Positions 17,470 to 26,939 of a DNA stretch of 64,000 nucleotides are shown one piece after another. The translations under genes and the position numbers were made by a program. The number at the start of each line of letters is the position of its first letter. Position 1 is the first letter of the stretch. The DNA comes from an uncultured Chloroflexota bacterium (lineage in GTDB: Bacteria > Chloroflexota > Chloroflexia > Thermomicrobiales > UBA6265): positions 59 to 64,058 of the forward strand of contig CALMZR010000386.1 of assembly GCA_937870845.1 (NCBI GenBank), written 5' to 3'. The notes under the pieces are model-generated. The model searched no databases. It was not told the origin of the DNA and saw only the letters and a list, made by a program, of their open reading frames with translations.

Positions 17470-18990
17470 TTGATGTCGCCGCTGGCTCGGTATGCGCCGG
17501 CGGCGCGCCGCGTTCGGCGCTTCGTGTTTCGCCCTGGACTCCATTCCGCCATGAGCCCCGTTGCCGTCAGCCCCCTCTCGCACCGCCGCGTCGATCTCGC
17601 CCCCTCCACGCCGGGGCTGGTCGAGGCCGTCTCGCCCGCTTCGCTGGCCATGGAGCTCGGCATCGAGCCGGGCGACCGCATCGTCGGCATCAATGGCCTG
17701 CCGCTCGTCGACGCGCTTGATTTTCAGTACCAGGCGCAATCAGAGGCGGTCGTTCTCGACGTGGAGCGGGCCGGCGTACTGCTGCGCTACGACCTGGAGT
17801 TGGACGGGGACGAGTATTGGGGCGTCACCTTCGCCGACCCGACCTTCGACGGGGTGCGAATCTGCGAGAACGCCTGCCCCTTCTGCTTCATCAAGCAGAT
17901 TCCGAAGGGGATGCGCCGCTCGCTCTACGTCATGGACGACGACTTCCGCTACTCGATGCTCTACGGCAGCTTCGTCACCCTGACCAACCTGTCCGAAGAA
18001 GACTGGCGCCGCATCGAAGCGCAGCGCATCTCGCCGCTCCACGTCTCGGTCCACAGCACCGACCCGGAGCTGCGCGTCGCCCTCGTCGGCAACCCCAAGG
18101 CCGGCCGCATTATGGACGACCTGGCCCGCCTGGAGCGCGCCGGGATCGACTTCCACGCCCAGCTCGTGCTCGTCCCCGGTGTCAACGACGGCCCCGAGCT
18201 GGACCGCAGCCTGCGCGACCTCTCCACCTTCGGCGACCGCCTGCGCTCCGTCGCGGGCGTGCCCGTCGGGCTGTCGCGCCACGGCCAGGAGCGGCAAAGC
18301 AAGCAGCTCCGCCTCTCCCGCACCTGCATGCGCACGCTCCCTGGAAAGTCCATCTCGGTTCGCCGCTACGAGCGCGACGAGGCCCTCGGCGTCATTGCCC
18401 AGGCCGAGTCGTGGCAAGCCCGCTTCCTTGCGGAGCGCGGCGAGCCCTTCTTTTACCTCGGCGATGAGTTCTACCTGATGACCGGCTCCCCGGTCCCCGA
18501 CACGCGGCATTACGGCGGCTTTCCCCAGATTGAGGACGGGATCGGCATCACCCGCCACTTCCTCGACGCCGCCGATCGCTTCCTCCGCCGCGCCAAACCC
18601 GGCGCGCTCACGGGAGCCGCCGGAACCATCGCCTGCGGCGAGCTGATCGGCCCCACCATGCGCGACGCCGTCGCCCGTTTCAACGCCCGCACCGGCGCCG
18701 CGCTGACCGTCTCTCCAGTGGAAAACGTCTACCTCGGCTCGGAAATCAACGTTTCGGGGTTGCTCAGCGGCACGGACCTTCTGGCCGCCTTCGCGCCGTC
18801 CCGAGGCGACGCGCCGTTCTACATCTCCGACCGCATGGTCAGCCAGCGCACCGGCACACTCCTCGACGACATGACCGTCTCCGAGGTCGAACGGGCGCTC
18901 GGCCGCCCGGTCGTCCCGGCCGCCGATCTTGCCGACGTCGCACGCGACCTGCGCCTGCGCCAGAGGAGTCGCCCCCAGGTCGCCGCGTGA
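17470..18990 (+). CDS. PDZ + DUF512 family protein (putative Fe-S/radical-SAM-like)
   Basis: ORF 17470..18990, 506 aa. PDZ-like GIEPGDRIVGINGLPL, then CENACPFCFIKQIPKGMRRSLYVMDDDFRYSMLYGSFVTLTNL, typical of DUF512 proteins. Alternative start ATG 17473. Confidence 0.75.
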   Translation: MMSPLARYAPAARRVRRFVFRPGLHSAMSPVAVSPLSHRRVDLAPSTPGLVEAVSPASLAMELGIEPGDRIVGINGLPLVDALDFQYQAQSEAVVLDVERAGVLLRYDLELDGDEYWGVTFADPTFDGVRICENACPFCFIKQIPKGMRRSLYVMDDDFRYSMLYGSFVTLTNLSEEDWRRIEAQRISPLHVSVHSTDPELRVALVGNPKAGRIMDDLARLERAGIDFHAQLVLVPGVNDGPELDRSLRDLSTFGDRLRSVAGVPVGLSRHGQERQSKQLRLSRTCMRTLPGKSISVRRYERDEALGVIAQAESWQARFLAERGEPFFYLGDEFYLMTGSPVPDTRHYGGFPQIEDGIGITRHFLDAADRFLRRAKPGALTGAAGTIACGELIGPTMRDAVARFNARTGAALTVSPVENVYLGSEINVSGLLSGTDLLAAFAPSRGDAPFYISDRMVSQRTGTLLDDMTVSEVERALGRPVVPAADLADVARDLRLRQRSRPQVAA

Positions 18991-19313
18991 CGTCGGAAGT
19001 GCAGGCGGCATTTCCCATTTCTGCGTCTGCACTTGGCGCGGCGCTCTCGATCACCGTGGCGCCCCACGCGTCGAGAACGGCCATAGAGCGGCTTGCGGAC
19101 GGCACGATCCGCGTTCGCCTCACCGCGCCGCCTGTCGAAGGGGCGGCGAATGTCGCCTTGCTTCGCTACCTGGCCAAGACGCTGAACGTTTCCCGCTCGC
19201 GCCTGTCCATCGCGAGCGGCGCGACAGGCCGTCGCAAGCGGATCGCGGTCGAGGGTATGGACGCCGAGGAGCTTCGCGCACGCCTGGAAACGGCGTTGAT
19301 CGCGCGGACGTAG
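18987..19313 (+). CDS. DUF167 (YggU) family protein
   Basis: ORF 18987..19313, 108 aa. GTGA overlap with the DUF512 gene. Reads ITVAPHASRTAIE...IRVRLTAPPVEGAANVALLRYLAKTLNVSRSRLSIASGATGRRKRI. Confidence 0.75.
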   Translation: MTSEVQAAFPISASALGAALSITVAPHASRTAIERLADGTIRVRLTAPPVEGAANVALLRYLAKTLNVSRSRLSIASGATGRRKRIAVEGMDAEELRARLETALIART

Positions 19314-19351
19314 GCCGCGCCCCGCCCGTGGGGGCGATGCAGGCATCGCTC

Positions 19352-20113
19352 CTACGTTCGGCCGCGGTCCTTCGGCGGTCGATACCAGCGCATCCGCCAC
19401 CACAGGACCAACGTCTCCCGCATCGCCCGCACGATCACCCGCGGGCTGCCGCCGCTCGCCTCCCCCGCGAGCCGCGGGTAGTGATGAACGCCGACCTGCT
19501 CCAGTCGCGCCCCCTGGCGGCGCGCTTTGGCCTGAATCTCGGTGTTGATCAGGGCCCCGGGCGCGGTCAGCTCCATTCCGCGCAGCAGGTCGCCGCGAAA
19601 GAGCTTGAACGCGCAGTCGATGTCGCGCAGATGGACCCCGAAAAGGATGCGCACCGAGACGTTGAACAGCTCGGCGAACACCCTCCGGTGCAAAGGATCG
19701 TTCCGCTCCATGCGAAACCCGGCGACGATGTCGTACTCCGCGGCGAACGGGGTCAGCAGCCGCAAGTCGCGGATATCGAACTGTCGATCGGCATCCATGA
19801 ACATGACGTAGTCGCCGCGCGTAGCACGGAACCCCGTCGCCAGCGCGGCGCCGTACCCGCGGTTCCGCGCGTGCCGTTGCAGCCGCACTCGGGGATCGTC
19901 CTTCGCCAATGTGGACACGACCTCGGCGGTGCGATCGCGGCTGCCGTCGTCGACGACGACGATCTCGAAGTCGTCGCTGAAGCGCGGCAAAGTCGCCAGG
20001 GCATCCCGGACGACCACCTCGATGTTCGCTTCCTCGTTGAATGCGGGGAGGACGAGCGAAAGGCTACTAGGAAGACGGACGACGGGCGGAGAGACCGGGT
20101 CGGGCGGCTTCAC
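19352..20113 (-). CDS. Family 2 glycosyltransferase (polyprenol-phosphate glycosyltransferase-like)
   Basis: ORF 19352..20113, 253 aa: LVLPAFNEEANI...VVVDDGSRDRT...NRGYGAAL...FMDADRQ (DxD). The GTG start overlaps the vanW-like stop (GTGA). Confidence 0.85.
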   Translation of the reverse strand: MKPPDPVSPPVVRLPSSLSLVLPAFNEEANIEVVVRDALATLPRFSDDFEIVVVDDGSRDRTAEVVSTLAKDDPRVRLQRHARNRGYGAALATGFRATRGDYVMFMDADRQFDIRDLRLLTPFAAEYDIVAGFRMERNDPLHRRVFAELFNVSVRILFGVHLRDIDCAFKLFRGDLLRGMELTAPGALINTEIQAKARRQGARLEQVGVHHYPRLAGEASGGSPRVIVRAMRETLVLWWRMRWYRPPKDRGRT

Positions 20114-22266
20114 CCGTAGACGGCTTCATCCGCGGGAGGAACCCACTCCTCGGCGGGCGGCGTCCACGCCTGTGCCGGCTCTACCCAAGCCTGCGCCGAT
20201 TCAGCCCCCTCTTGGGTGGGATCGACCCATGCCCCATCTGGCGTCCACTCCTCGGCGGAAGCCGGAGACGTCCCCCCCGAATCGATCTCGGCGCCTGGAG
20301 CCCACCCGACGGAGTCGACGCCGGCCGGCGGCAACGGCGGGAATTTGAAGTTCGGATCGATCGGCGCGTCCCCCTTCATATCCGGGCTGACGCTCCAAAT
20401 CTCCCCTCGGGGGAAATACTTCGTGTAGAAACTGTACTCCCAGAGCAGTTCGCCATTGCGGTCCCGCACAACGCGATACTGCGTGAGCTCTTCGCCGATG
20501 GCGCCCGTCTGCGCCATCGTCACCGTGCCTGGCTCAAGTTCCTCGTCAACGACTTCCTTCGGCGGCAGCATCTGGAACTTCTCGCCCCACGTCGGCCCGA
20601 TCGACTCCACCTGATAGCCGAGATCCGCGCCGTAGATGTTGACGACGACATTGACGCCATCGGCCCACGATTCGACAAGCATCCAGGAGTCGGACGGGTT
20701 CTTGAACGTAAAGTCCGCCCAGGTGCTCGGGTCTTCGGTCGGCTGCAGGATTGACGCGTCGAGTCCCGGCTCCCAGCCATCGTACTCATAGAAGCCGATC
20801 CGGAAGCGGTGTGGCCACCACTCGCCGATCGGCAGGCCGGCAAGATACGCAGCCCGAAACACCGTCGTCGAGACTTGGCAAATGCCGCCGCCGATATCGC
20901 GCCCAATCGCCTCTCCGGCGATCACCTGCGCCTCGACAAAGCCCTTCTCCTCGTTGATGACGCCGATAGCGCCGTTGAAGGAGAACTCGCCCCACGGCGG
21001 AATCAACGTTCCGTTCAGCAGCGTCGCACCAATCGCCACGTTGGTCGCTCTGCCATCGTTGGACCCGGCGTAGTTCGATCCGCCGGTCCCCAGCAGCGTC
21101 GTGATGCCGAGCGCTTCGAGGTTGCCGCTGTCGATCTTCGGCTTGATATAGGTCAGCGGCGCCTCGACCGTTCCCCCGTCTCCAAAGAAGCGGCCCTCGA
21201 CTAACTCGGCCAGTTTCGCCGCGTCGAGGTGAACGCCGTCGACGCTCGGCACAACCGAGACGAGCCGCTCCCCGTTCCAACCGACCTCGGCGTCGACCGG
21301 TTCGCGGTCCATGGCCGCCGCGAGCCGCTCGTCGAGCCAGGCCGCCAGCGCGTCCCGGTCAAGGCCTAACCGAATGGCCGGCGCGCCGTCTTCGGATTGG
21401 TCCACGCCCTGCGTCAGAAACTGGGCAACGTCCGTGCCGGGGAGCGTCCAAACCCCACCCTCGCTGGCAACCTGGATCGGGGTCGACATGGCGCGCAACA
21501 CCATTTCGCGCGCCGGCTCCAGATCGACCGCGCGCACCGTCGCGATCTCCGTCGAGACCGGCAACTCGATCTCGATCGCCGTCAAGTTCCGCAACTTTGC
21601 TTCGATTGCGGCGCGGGCCCGTGCCCGATCGACCACCGTGCCGTCCACCTCGGGCACGATCGTCACGTTCGCGCCCTGCACTTCGACGGCGGCATTCCGC
21701 GGCGGCGCCCCGAGATCGCCGTCGATCTGGTCGAACCACCGGTCGAGCTGCTGGTGATCGAGGGTGATGGGGAGCGCGATCTGTTCCCCCGTGCGCACGA
21801 GCCCCGCCGTCGAGCGCAGCCGCCGCAGCGCTGACTCCTCCCGGCCGTAGCGCACGGCGCGGGCGAACGCCTCGTTCTCATCGACTGAAACGCCGACCTC
21901 GCGCAACGTCGACGTCCAGGAGCGGTCGCCCCGCGTCGCTGTGATCGCGCTCGACTCGATAGCGTCGGCCCGCTCCAGGATCGCAGCCGCCGCCGCCCCG
22001 TACGACAACCCCCCGACGGGGACATCGGCCACCGACAGCGCCGGGAAGATTCGACCGGTATGGGTGGCGCGCACGGTCAGCAAGACGATGGCGAGGATGA
22101 ATCCAACCAACGCCGCGGCCCCGACCATGCCCAGAAAGGCGGAACGCAAAGCATCCGCCGAAAGCACCGGGGCCCGCGCGGAATCCGCCCTCGCCGCCTG
22201 GGGCAAGGAGAGACGCCCGCCCATCGGCGGCCGGAACATGGTGGAGAGACGCGCCTGTTGTCGCAA
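20110..22266 (-). CDS. VanW-family protein with N-terminal membrane anchor and Trp/Pro/Glu-rich C-terminal tail
   Basis: ORF 20110..22266, 718 aa (TTG start, GAGGGAAGG upstream). TM FLGMVGAAALVGFILAIVLLTV. VanW core GGGICQVSTTVFRAAYLAGLPIGEWWPHRFRIGFYE. Tail AEEWTPDGAWVDPTQ...AWVEPAQAWTPPAEEWVPP. Confidence 0.85.
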   Translation of the reverse strand: MRQQARLSTMFRPPMGGRLSLPQAARADSARAPVLSADALRSAFLGMVGAAALVGFILAIVLLTVRATHTGRIFPALSVADVPVGGLSYGAAAAAILERADAIESSAITATRGDRSWTSTLREVGVSVDENEAFARAVRYGREESALRRLRSTAGLVRTGEQIALPITLDHQQLDRWFDQIDGDLGAPPRNAAVEVQGANVTIVPEVDGTVVDRARARAAIEAKLRNLTAIEIELPVSTEIATVRAVDLEPAREMVLRAMSTPIQVASEGGVWTLPGTDVAQFLTQGVDQSEDGAPAIRLGLDRDALAAWLDERLAAAMDREPVDAEVGWNGERLVSVVPSVDGVHLDAAKLAELVEGRFFGDGGTVEAPLTYIKPKIDSGNLEALGITTLLGTGGSNYAGSNDGRATNVAIGATLLNGTLIPPWGEFSFNGAIGVINEEKGFVEAQVIAGEAIGRDIGGGICQVSTTVFRAAYLAGLPIGEWWPHRFRIGFYEYDGWEPGLDASILQPTEDPSTWADFTFKNPSDSWMLVESWADGVNVVVNIYGADLGYQVESIGPTWGEKFQMLPPKEVVDEELEPGTVTMAQTGAIGEELTQYRVVRDRNGELLWEYSFYTKYFPRGEIWSVSPDMKGDAPIDPNFKFPPLPPAGVDSVGWAPGAEIDSGGTSPASAEEWTPDGAWVDPTQEGAESAQAWVEPAQAWTPPAEEWVPPADEAVYG

Positions 22267-22283
22267 AGCCTGCCTTCCCTCGC

Positions 22284-22784
22284 TCAGGCCGAGACATCAA
22301 CTTCGGGCACGGCGACAGACGGGACGAGACGAAACCGAACCCGGCCGCATTGTATGACATCGCCGGGCCGAACGCCCATCACCGTCCGTACCGCTTCCCC
22401 GTTCAGCGTGGTGCCGTTGCTGCTCCCCAGGTCGCGCAGCCACCATTGCCCCCGCTCGAACCGCAGCTCCGCGTGCTCCGCCGATGTGTGCGGATCGTCG
22501 ACCACCAGGGTGTTGCCAGCCACCCGGCCGATCGTCGTCGCGGCTTGCAGCGGCACGGCCTCCCCCGAACGAAGCGAGGAGTCCGCCCCATCGAGCGTCA
22601 GCAGCGCCATCGCGCCGGCGAACCCCTCGTCGCTCGCCATCGCCCGCGCCGCGGCGCCCAGCTCCCGCGCCGTCGCCCGCAGCACCAGAAATAGGAACAC
22701 GTAAATGAGACCGACGAACGCGATGCGCAGCGCGGCGTAGAGCCACCCGCCCGCGACGAACTGATCGATGAGCTGATCGGTCAT
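22284..22784 (-). CDS. FhaB/FipA-like protein: N-terminal TM segment plus C-terminal FHA domain
   Basis: ORF 22284..22874; start moved to ATG 22784, which overlaps the upstream stop (ATGA). Reads MTDQLIDQFVAGGWLYAALRIAFVGLIYVFLFLVL, then FHA GR...NTLVVDDPHTSAEHAELRFERGQWWLRDLGSSNGTTLNG. Confidence 0.75.
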   Translation of the reverse strand: MTDQLIDQFVAGGWLYAALRIAFVGLIYVFLFLVLRATARELGAAARAMASDEGFAGAMALLTLDGADSSLRSGEAVPLQAATTIGRVAGNTLVVDDPHTSAEHAELRFERGQWWLRDLGSSNGTTLNGEAVRTVMGVRPGDVIQCGRVRFRLVPSVAVPEVDVSA

Positions 22785-23464
22785 CCCGGCCCGACGGCGA
22801 ACCGCAGGCCGGCGAACGCCACCTCGTCCCCCACGGTGACCCTGGCGGTTTCGATCCGCTCGCCGTTGACCCACGTGCCGTTGGTGCTGCGCAAATCGAC
22901 GACGCGCCAGCCCGAGCCTTCCCGCTCGATGCGCGCATGGCGGCGCGAAATTTCCGGGTGCGGCAACATCAAGTCGTTGCCCTCGTCGCGCCCTACGGTT
23001 TTCGGCGAAGCGTTGGTGAGACGCAATGGAGCAAACCCGTTGTCTAACGGCAGAAGACGCAACGGCTGGAATTCGGGGGGCTCGACCGGCAACTCAGCGG
23101 CCTGACGCTCGAACCGCGCCGCGGCGAGAACTGACCGCCTGGTGACCGTGGGGTCCGCCACCATGCGTACACGGATGGCGCCCACGGTCGTCAGGCCACG
23201 TGCGAAGGCAACCTCGGCCAGCCACGATTCCATCTCCCGGTTGAGCGCCTCTTCCCAGTCCGCGAAAGCCGCCGCGTCGTCCGGGTGCAGACGCGCCTCG
23301 AACACATTCGGCGCCAGCATGACGCCGACCGACGCCGTCCGGCCGTCGAGCATGGCGCGCTCCAACCGCCGTCCGATCTCCGCCGGCTGGACGCGCAAGC
23401 GGAAAAGTCCGGCGACACTCCCCTCCACCAGCCGTTCCACCGCCCGCTCGAATCGACCCAGCAT
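22781..23464 (-). CDS. FhaA-like protein: N-terminal DUF3662-type domain plus C-terminal FHA domain
   Basis: ORF 22781..23485; start moved to ATG 23464. Reads MLGRFERAVERLVEGSVAGLFR...VQPAEIGRRLERAM, then FHA GRDEGNDLMLPHPEISRRHARIEREGSGWRVVDLRSTNGTWVNG. Confidence 0.75.
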   Translation of the reverse strand: MLGRFERAVERLVEGSVAGLFRLRVQPAEIGRRLERAMLDGRTASVGVMLAPNVFEARLHPDDAAAFADWEEALNREMESWLAEVAFARGLTTVGAIRVRMVADPTVTRRSVLAAARFERQAAELPVEPPEFQPLRLLPLDNGFAPLRLTNASPKTVGRDEGNDLMLPHPEISRRHARIEREGSGWRVVDLRSTNGTWVNGERIETARVTVGDEVAFAGLRFAVGPG

Positions 23465-23559
23465 GAACCTCGACTCCCGACGCATGGGTAAGCCAGGCGT
23501 CGCTGGTATGATCGCCCGGTCGATGGCGAGGCGCCCAGTCCTCGCCCGTGTGTGAGGGA

Positions 23560-24264
23560 ATGCAGCCGTTGGCGACGAATACGGTTCTTATCGGCCCCTC
23601 GATCCTCTCCGCCGATTTCCGGCGCCTCGGCGAGCAGATCGCCGAGGTCGAGGCGGCAAGCGCCGATTTCATCCACGTGGACGTCATGGACGGCGTCTTC
23701 GTTCCCAACATCAGCATCGGCTTCCCCGTCGTCGAGGCGGTGCAGGCGGCGACCGAGCTGCCGATCGACGTCCACCTCATGATCGTGGAGCCGAGCCGCT
23801 GGGTCGAACGCTTCGCCGCGGCCGGCGCCGACACGATCACCGTCCACGCCGAGGTCGACCCGAACCTCTACCGCACCCTGCGCGCCATCGAGGAAGCCGG
23901 CGCCGCCCCGAGCGTGACGATCAACCCCGGCACGCCTTTAATCATGCTGGAGCCGGTGCTCCCGATCGTGCGCCAGGTGCTGATCATGTCCGTCAACCCC
24001 GGCTTCGGCGGACAGACGTTCATCCCCGCCGCGCTGGGCCGCATCCGCCGCCTGCGCCAGATGCTGGACGAGGTGAACCCCACCTGCCGCCTCGAAGTCG
24101 ACGGCGGCATCAAGGCCAGCAACGCGGGCGCGGTGGTTGCGGCCGGGGCCGATACGCTGGTTGTCGGGTCCGCCGTCTACGCGCCCGACACCCACATTGC
24201 CTCCGCCATGTACGCCCTGCGCGCGGAAATAGACCGCGATCACCACGAATCGGACAACCGCTGA
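23560..24264 (+). CDS. rpe: Ribulose-phosphate 3-epimerase
   Basis: ORF 23548..24264; probable start ATG 23560 (GAGGGA upstream). Reads IGPSILSADF...IHVDVMDGVFVPNISIG...VHLM...MSVNPGFGGQ...VDGGI. A TGGTATGAT -10-like box lies at 23504-23512. Confidence 0.95.
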   Translation: MQPLATNTVLIGPSILSADFRRLGEQIAEVEAASADFIHVDVMDGVFVPNISIGFPVVEAVQAATELPIDVHLMIVEPSRWVERFAAAGADTITVHAEVDPNLYRTLRAIEEAGAAPSVTINPGTPLIMLEPVLPIVRQVLIMSVNPGFGGQTFIPAALGRIRRLRQMLDEVNPTCRLEVDGGIKASNAGAVVAAGADTLVVGSAVYAPDTHIASAMYALRAEIDRDHHESDNR

Positions 24265-24281
24265 CCGTCAAGGAGGCGACC

Positions 24282-25355
24282 ATGGACTGGGCCCCGATCC
24301 GCATGACGTACCACGTTCGCACCTACGCCTTTGGCGAACGCCTGATCCCCGACATGCTCGGCAAGCAGGGCGTGCCAGAAGGCGTCGTCGCCGAAACCTG
24401 GGAGATCAGCGACCAGAAAGACGCCCGCGCCACGATCACGAACGGCCCCTTCGCCGGCCGTCTCCTGCACGACGTGGTCGCCGAGCATCCCGACGAGATC
24501 GTCGGCGCAGGCTGGCGCGGCCCCCACTTCCCCATCCTCGACAAGTTCCTCGACGCCTCACACCTCCTCCCCGTCCACCTCCACGCCGACGACGAGACGG
24601 CCCGCGTCATGCACGGCGAGCCGAACGGCAAGACCGAAGCCTGGCACATTCTCTACGCCGCCCCCGACGCCACGATCCTGGCCGGCATCCGCCCCGGCTT
24701 TTCTCACGACGACTTGAGACAAGCCTTCCTCGACCAGGACTACGACCGGGTCATGTTCCGCTACCCGATCGCGGCCGGCGACACCGTCTACGTCCCCGGC
24801 GGCATCCTCCACGCCTTCGGCCCCGACACGCTCATCTTCGAGGTGCAGCAGACCTCCGACCTCGGCCAGTCGGTGATGCCGACCGACCTGCACGGCAACC
24901 GCCTCAGCGACGAGCAGTGGCGCGCCAACATCGACGCCACCCTGGCCGAGCTGAACACCGACTACCTCCCCAAACCGAATCCCGGCCTCGACAAGCCACT
25001 GCGCGACCCGGACAGCCGCATCACCGTCGGCTGCGCGGGCCCCTACTTCGTCCTCGAACGGTGGCGCCTCCGCGCTCCCTACCACGACCCGGCCGACCCC
25101 TGGCGCTTCCTCACCCTCTCCAACGTCGGCGACCCGGCGACGATCGCCTGGAGCGGCGGCGAAGAAACGCTGGGTCGCGCCGAGTCGGTGCTCCTCCCCG
25201 CCGCGATTGGCGAAGTCACGGTTTCTCCAACCGGCGAGAGCGCCGACCTGATCGCCTGCTATCTGCCCGATCTGGTGCGCGATATCGTCGAGCCGTTGCG
25301 GGCGGCGAACCACTCTGAAGAGGCGATTCGGGCGCTCGGGGAGGTCAGCTTGTAG
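24282..25355 (+). CDS. Class I mannose-6-phosphate isomerase-like cupin protein
   Basis: ORF 24282..25355, 357 aa: ETWEISD...LLPVHLHADDE...GKTEAWHIL...VYVPGGILHAFGPDTLIFEVQQTSD, the PMI type I layout. Confidence 0.7.
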   Translation: MDWAPIRMTYHVRTYAFGERLIPDMLGKQGVPEGVVAETWEISDQKDARATITNGPFAGRLLHDVVAEHPDEIVGAGWRGPHFPILDKFLDASHLLPVHLHADDETARVMHGEPNGKTEAWHILYAAPDATILAGIRPGFSHDDLRQAFLDQDYDRVMFRYPIAAGDTVYVPGGILHAFGPDTLIFEVQQTSDLGQSVMPTDLHGNRLSDEQWRANIDATLAELNTDYLPKPNPGLDKPLRDPDSRITVGCAGPYFVLERWRLRAPYHDPADPWRFLTLSNVGDPATIAWSGGEETLGRAESVLLPAAIGEVTVSPTGESADLIACYLPDLVRDIVEPLRAANHSEEAIRALGEVSL

Positions 25356-25368
25356 CTCTTGTCACGGA

Positions 25369-26913
25369 CTACATGTTGCCGCCGTCTCCAAGTCTCGCCA
25401 ATGCGTGCAACTCGTCCCTTGCCGATACGTACAAGTCTCGATAAACCCGATAGTACGCGTCGTAGACCGGGCGCACGGCCGGATTGGGCTGCAACTGCAT
25501 CGCCAGCGTGACCCAATCCCGCTGCAGCGCATCCTGTCCAGAGACGATGCCGGTGGCAAGACCCGCCATGAACGCGTCCCCGTATGAGGCCCCGATGGTG
25601 CGCTCCGGAACGTCCTGCGGCAGCCCGCTGACATCGGAGACGATCTGCATCCAGAGCGGGTTCTTGGCCCCGCCGCCCACCGCGACCAGCCGCTTCGGGG
25701 GCGCGCCCATCGCCGACATCGTCTCCAGATTGTGCCGGACGCCGTAGGCCGTCCCTTCCAGGCTGGCCCGGTAGAGGTGGCCCTTGGTGTGGGAGAGCGT
25801 CAGCCCGGCGTAGACGCCGCGCGCGTCTGGGTCGTTGATGGGGGTCCGTTCACCCGCGAAGTACGGCAGGCAGACGAGGCCATCCGAGCCCGGAACGACC
25901 GACGCCGCGGATGCCGCGAGCGCGGCATACGCATTGGGACCACCGGCGGCTTCATCCGCCAACTCCTCGCGGCCCAACGTGTCCCGAAACCAGCGCGTCA
26001 GCGCGCCGGCGGTCGACATGCCGCCTTCGATGCTGTACCGGCCGGGCAGCGCGAACGCCGTCGACCACATCCGTGCGTCGGGAACGGGCTCGGTCGTGAC
26101 GTGGATGAAGAACATTGTCGTCCCATACATCACCATCATGTCACCGGGATTGACGACGCCGACGCTGACCGCCTCAGCCGCCGCATCGATCGTCCCCGCC
26201 GTCACCGGCGTCCCCGCCTTCAGCCCCGTCTCCGCCGCCGCCTCCGCGGTCACCTCCCCGGCGATCTGATCGGCCCACAGCAGCTCCGGCAATCGGTCGA
26301 TCTCGACGATCGGCTCGGCGAAGCGGCCGTCCCAGCGCAAATTACGCAGATCGAACAGCGGGTTGTAGTACGAGGCCGTGTGGTAATCCATCACGAGGCG
26401 GCCGGTCAGGCGGTAGACCATGTACGACGACGAAGCCAGGAACATCCGCGACGCCGCATACACCTCCGGTTCGCGTCGCCGCATCCAGAGGATCTTCGGC
26501 CCGATCGCCTGCGAGGTGAGCGCCATCCCCCCGAGGTCGAACATCGAAGCTTCGCCGAATCGCTCGTTCAGCCAGACGATCTCCTCGTTGGCGCGGGTGT
26601 CGATGCCATACAGAATGCCCTGCCGCAACGGCCGTCCCTTGGCATCGATCGGCAGCACGCAGGCGCCGATGGCGCTGACCGCCACGCCGCCAATGTCGTC
26701 CCCCGTGAATCGCTCCCCCAGCAAGGCTCGCGTCAGCCCGACGAACTCGCCCCACCAGATCGCGTCCGGATCGTGCTCCGCCCACCCTGGCCGCGGAAGG
26801 CTCAGCCCGTGCTCGATCGTCGCCTCGGCCAGAACCTGGCCGTCCGGCGCGCACACCACCCCCTTTGAGCTGTAGGTGCCGATGTCGACGCCAAGCAGCA
26901 ACTCGCCCGCCAT
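25369..26913 (-). CDS. FGGY-family carbohydrate kinase (xylulokinase-like)
   Basis: ORF 25369..27309; start moved to ATG 26913 (GGGAGG upstream). Reads MAGELLLGVDIGTYSSKGVV..., C-terminal VAVGGGAKNPLWMQIVSDV. The 132-aa upstream extension is Arg/Gly-rich shadow sequence. Confidence 0.85.
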   Translation of the reverse strand: MAGELLLGVDIGTYSSKGVVCAPDGQVLAEATIEHGLSLPRPGWAEHDPDAIWWGEFVGLTRALLGERFTGDDIGGVAVSAIGACVLPIDAKGRPLRQGILYGIDTRANEEIVWLNERFGEASMFDLGGMALTSQAIGPKILWMRRREPEVYAASRMFLASSSYMVYRLTGRLVMDYHTASYYNPLFDLRNLRWDGRFAEPIVEIDRLPELLWADQIAGEVTAEAAAETGLKAGTPVTAGTIDAAAEAVSVGVVNPGDMMVMYGTTMFFIHVTTEPVPDARMWSTAFALPGRYSIEGGMSTAGALTRWFRDTLGREELADEAAGGPNAYAALAASAASVVPGSDGLVCLPYFAGERTPINDPDARGVYAGLTLSHTKGHLYRASLEGTAYGVRHNLETMSAMGAPPKRLVAVGGGAKNPLWMQIVSDVSGLPQDVPERTIGASYGDAFMAGLATGIVSGQDALQRDWVTLAMQLQPNPAVRPVYDAYYRVYRDLYVSARDELHALARLGDGGNM

Positions 26914-26939
26914 CCCCTCGCCTCCCGAGTCGTGCCTGC

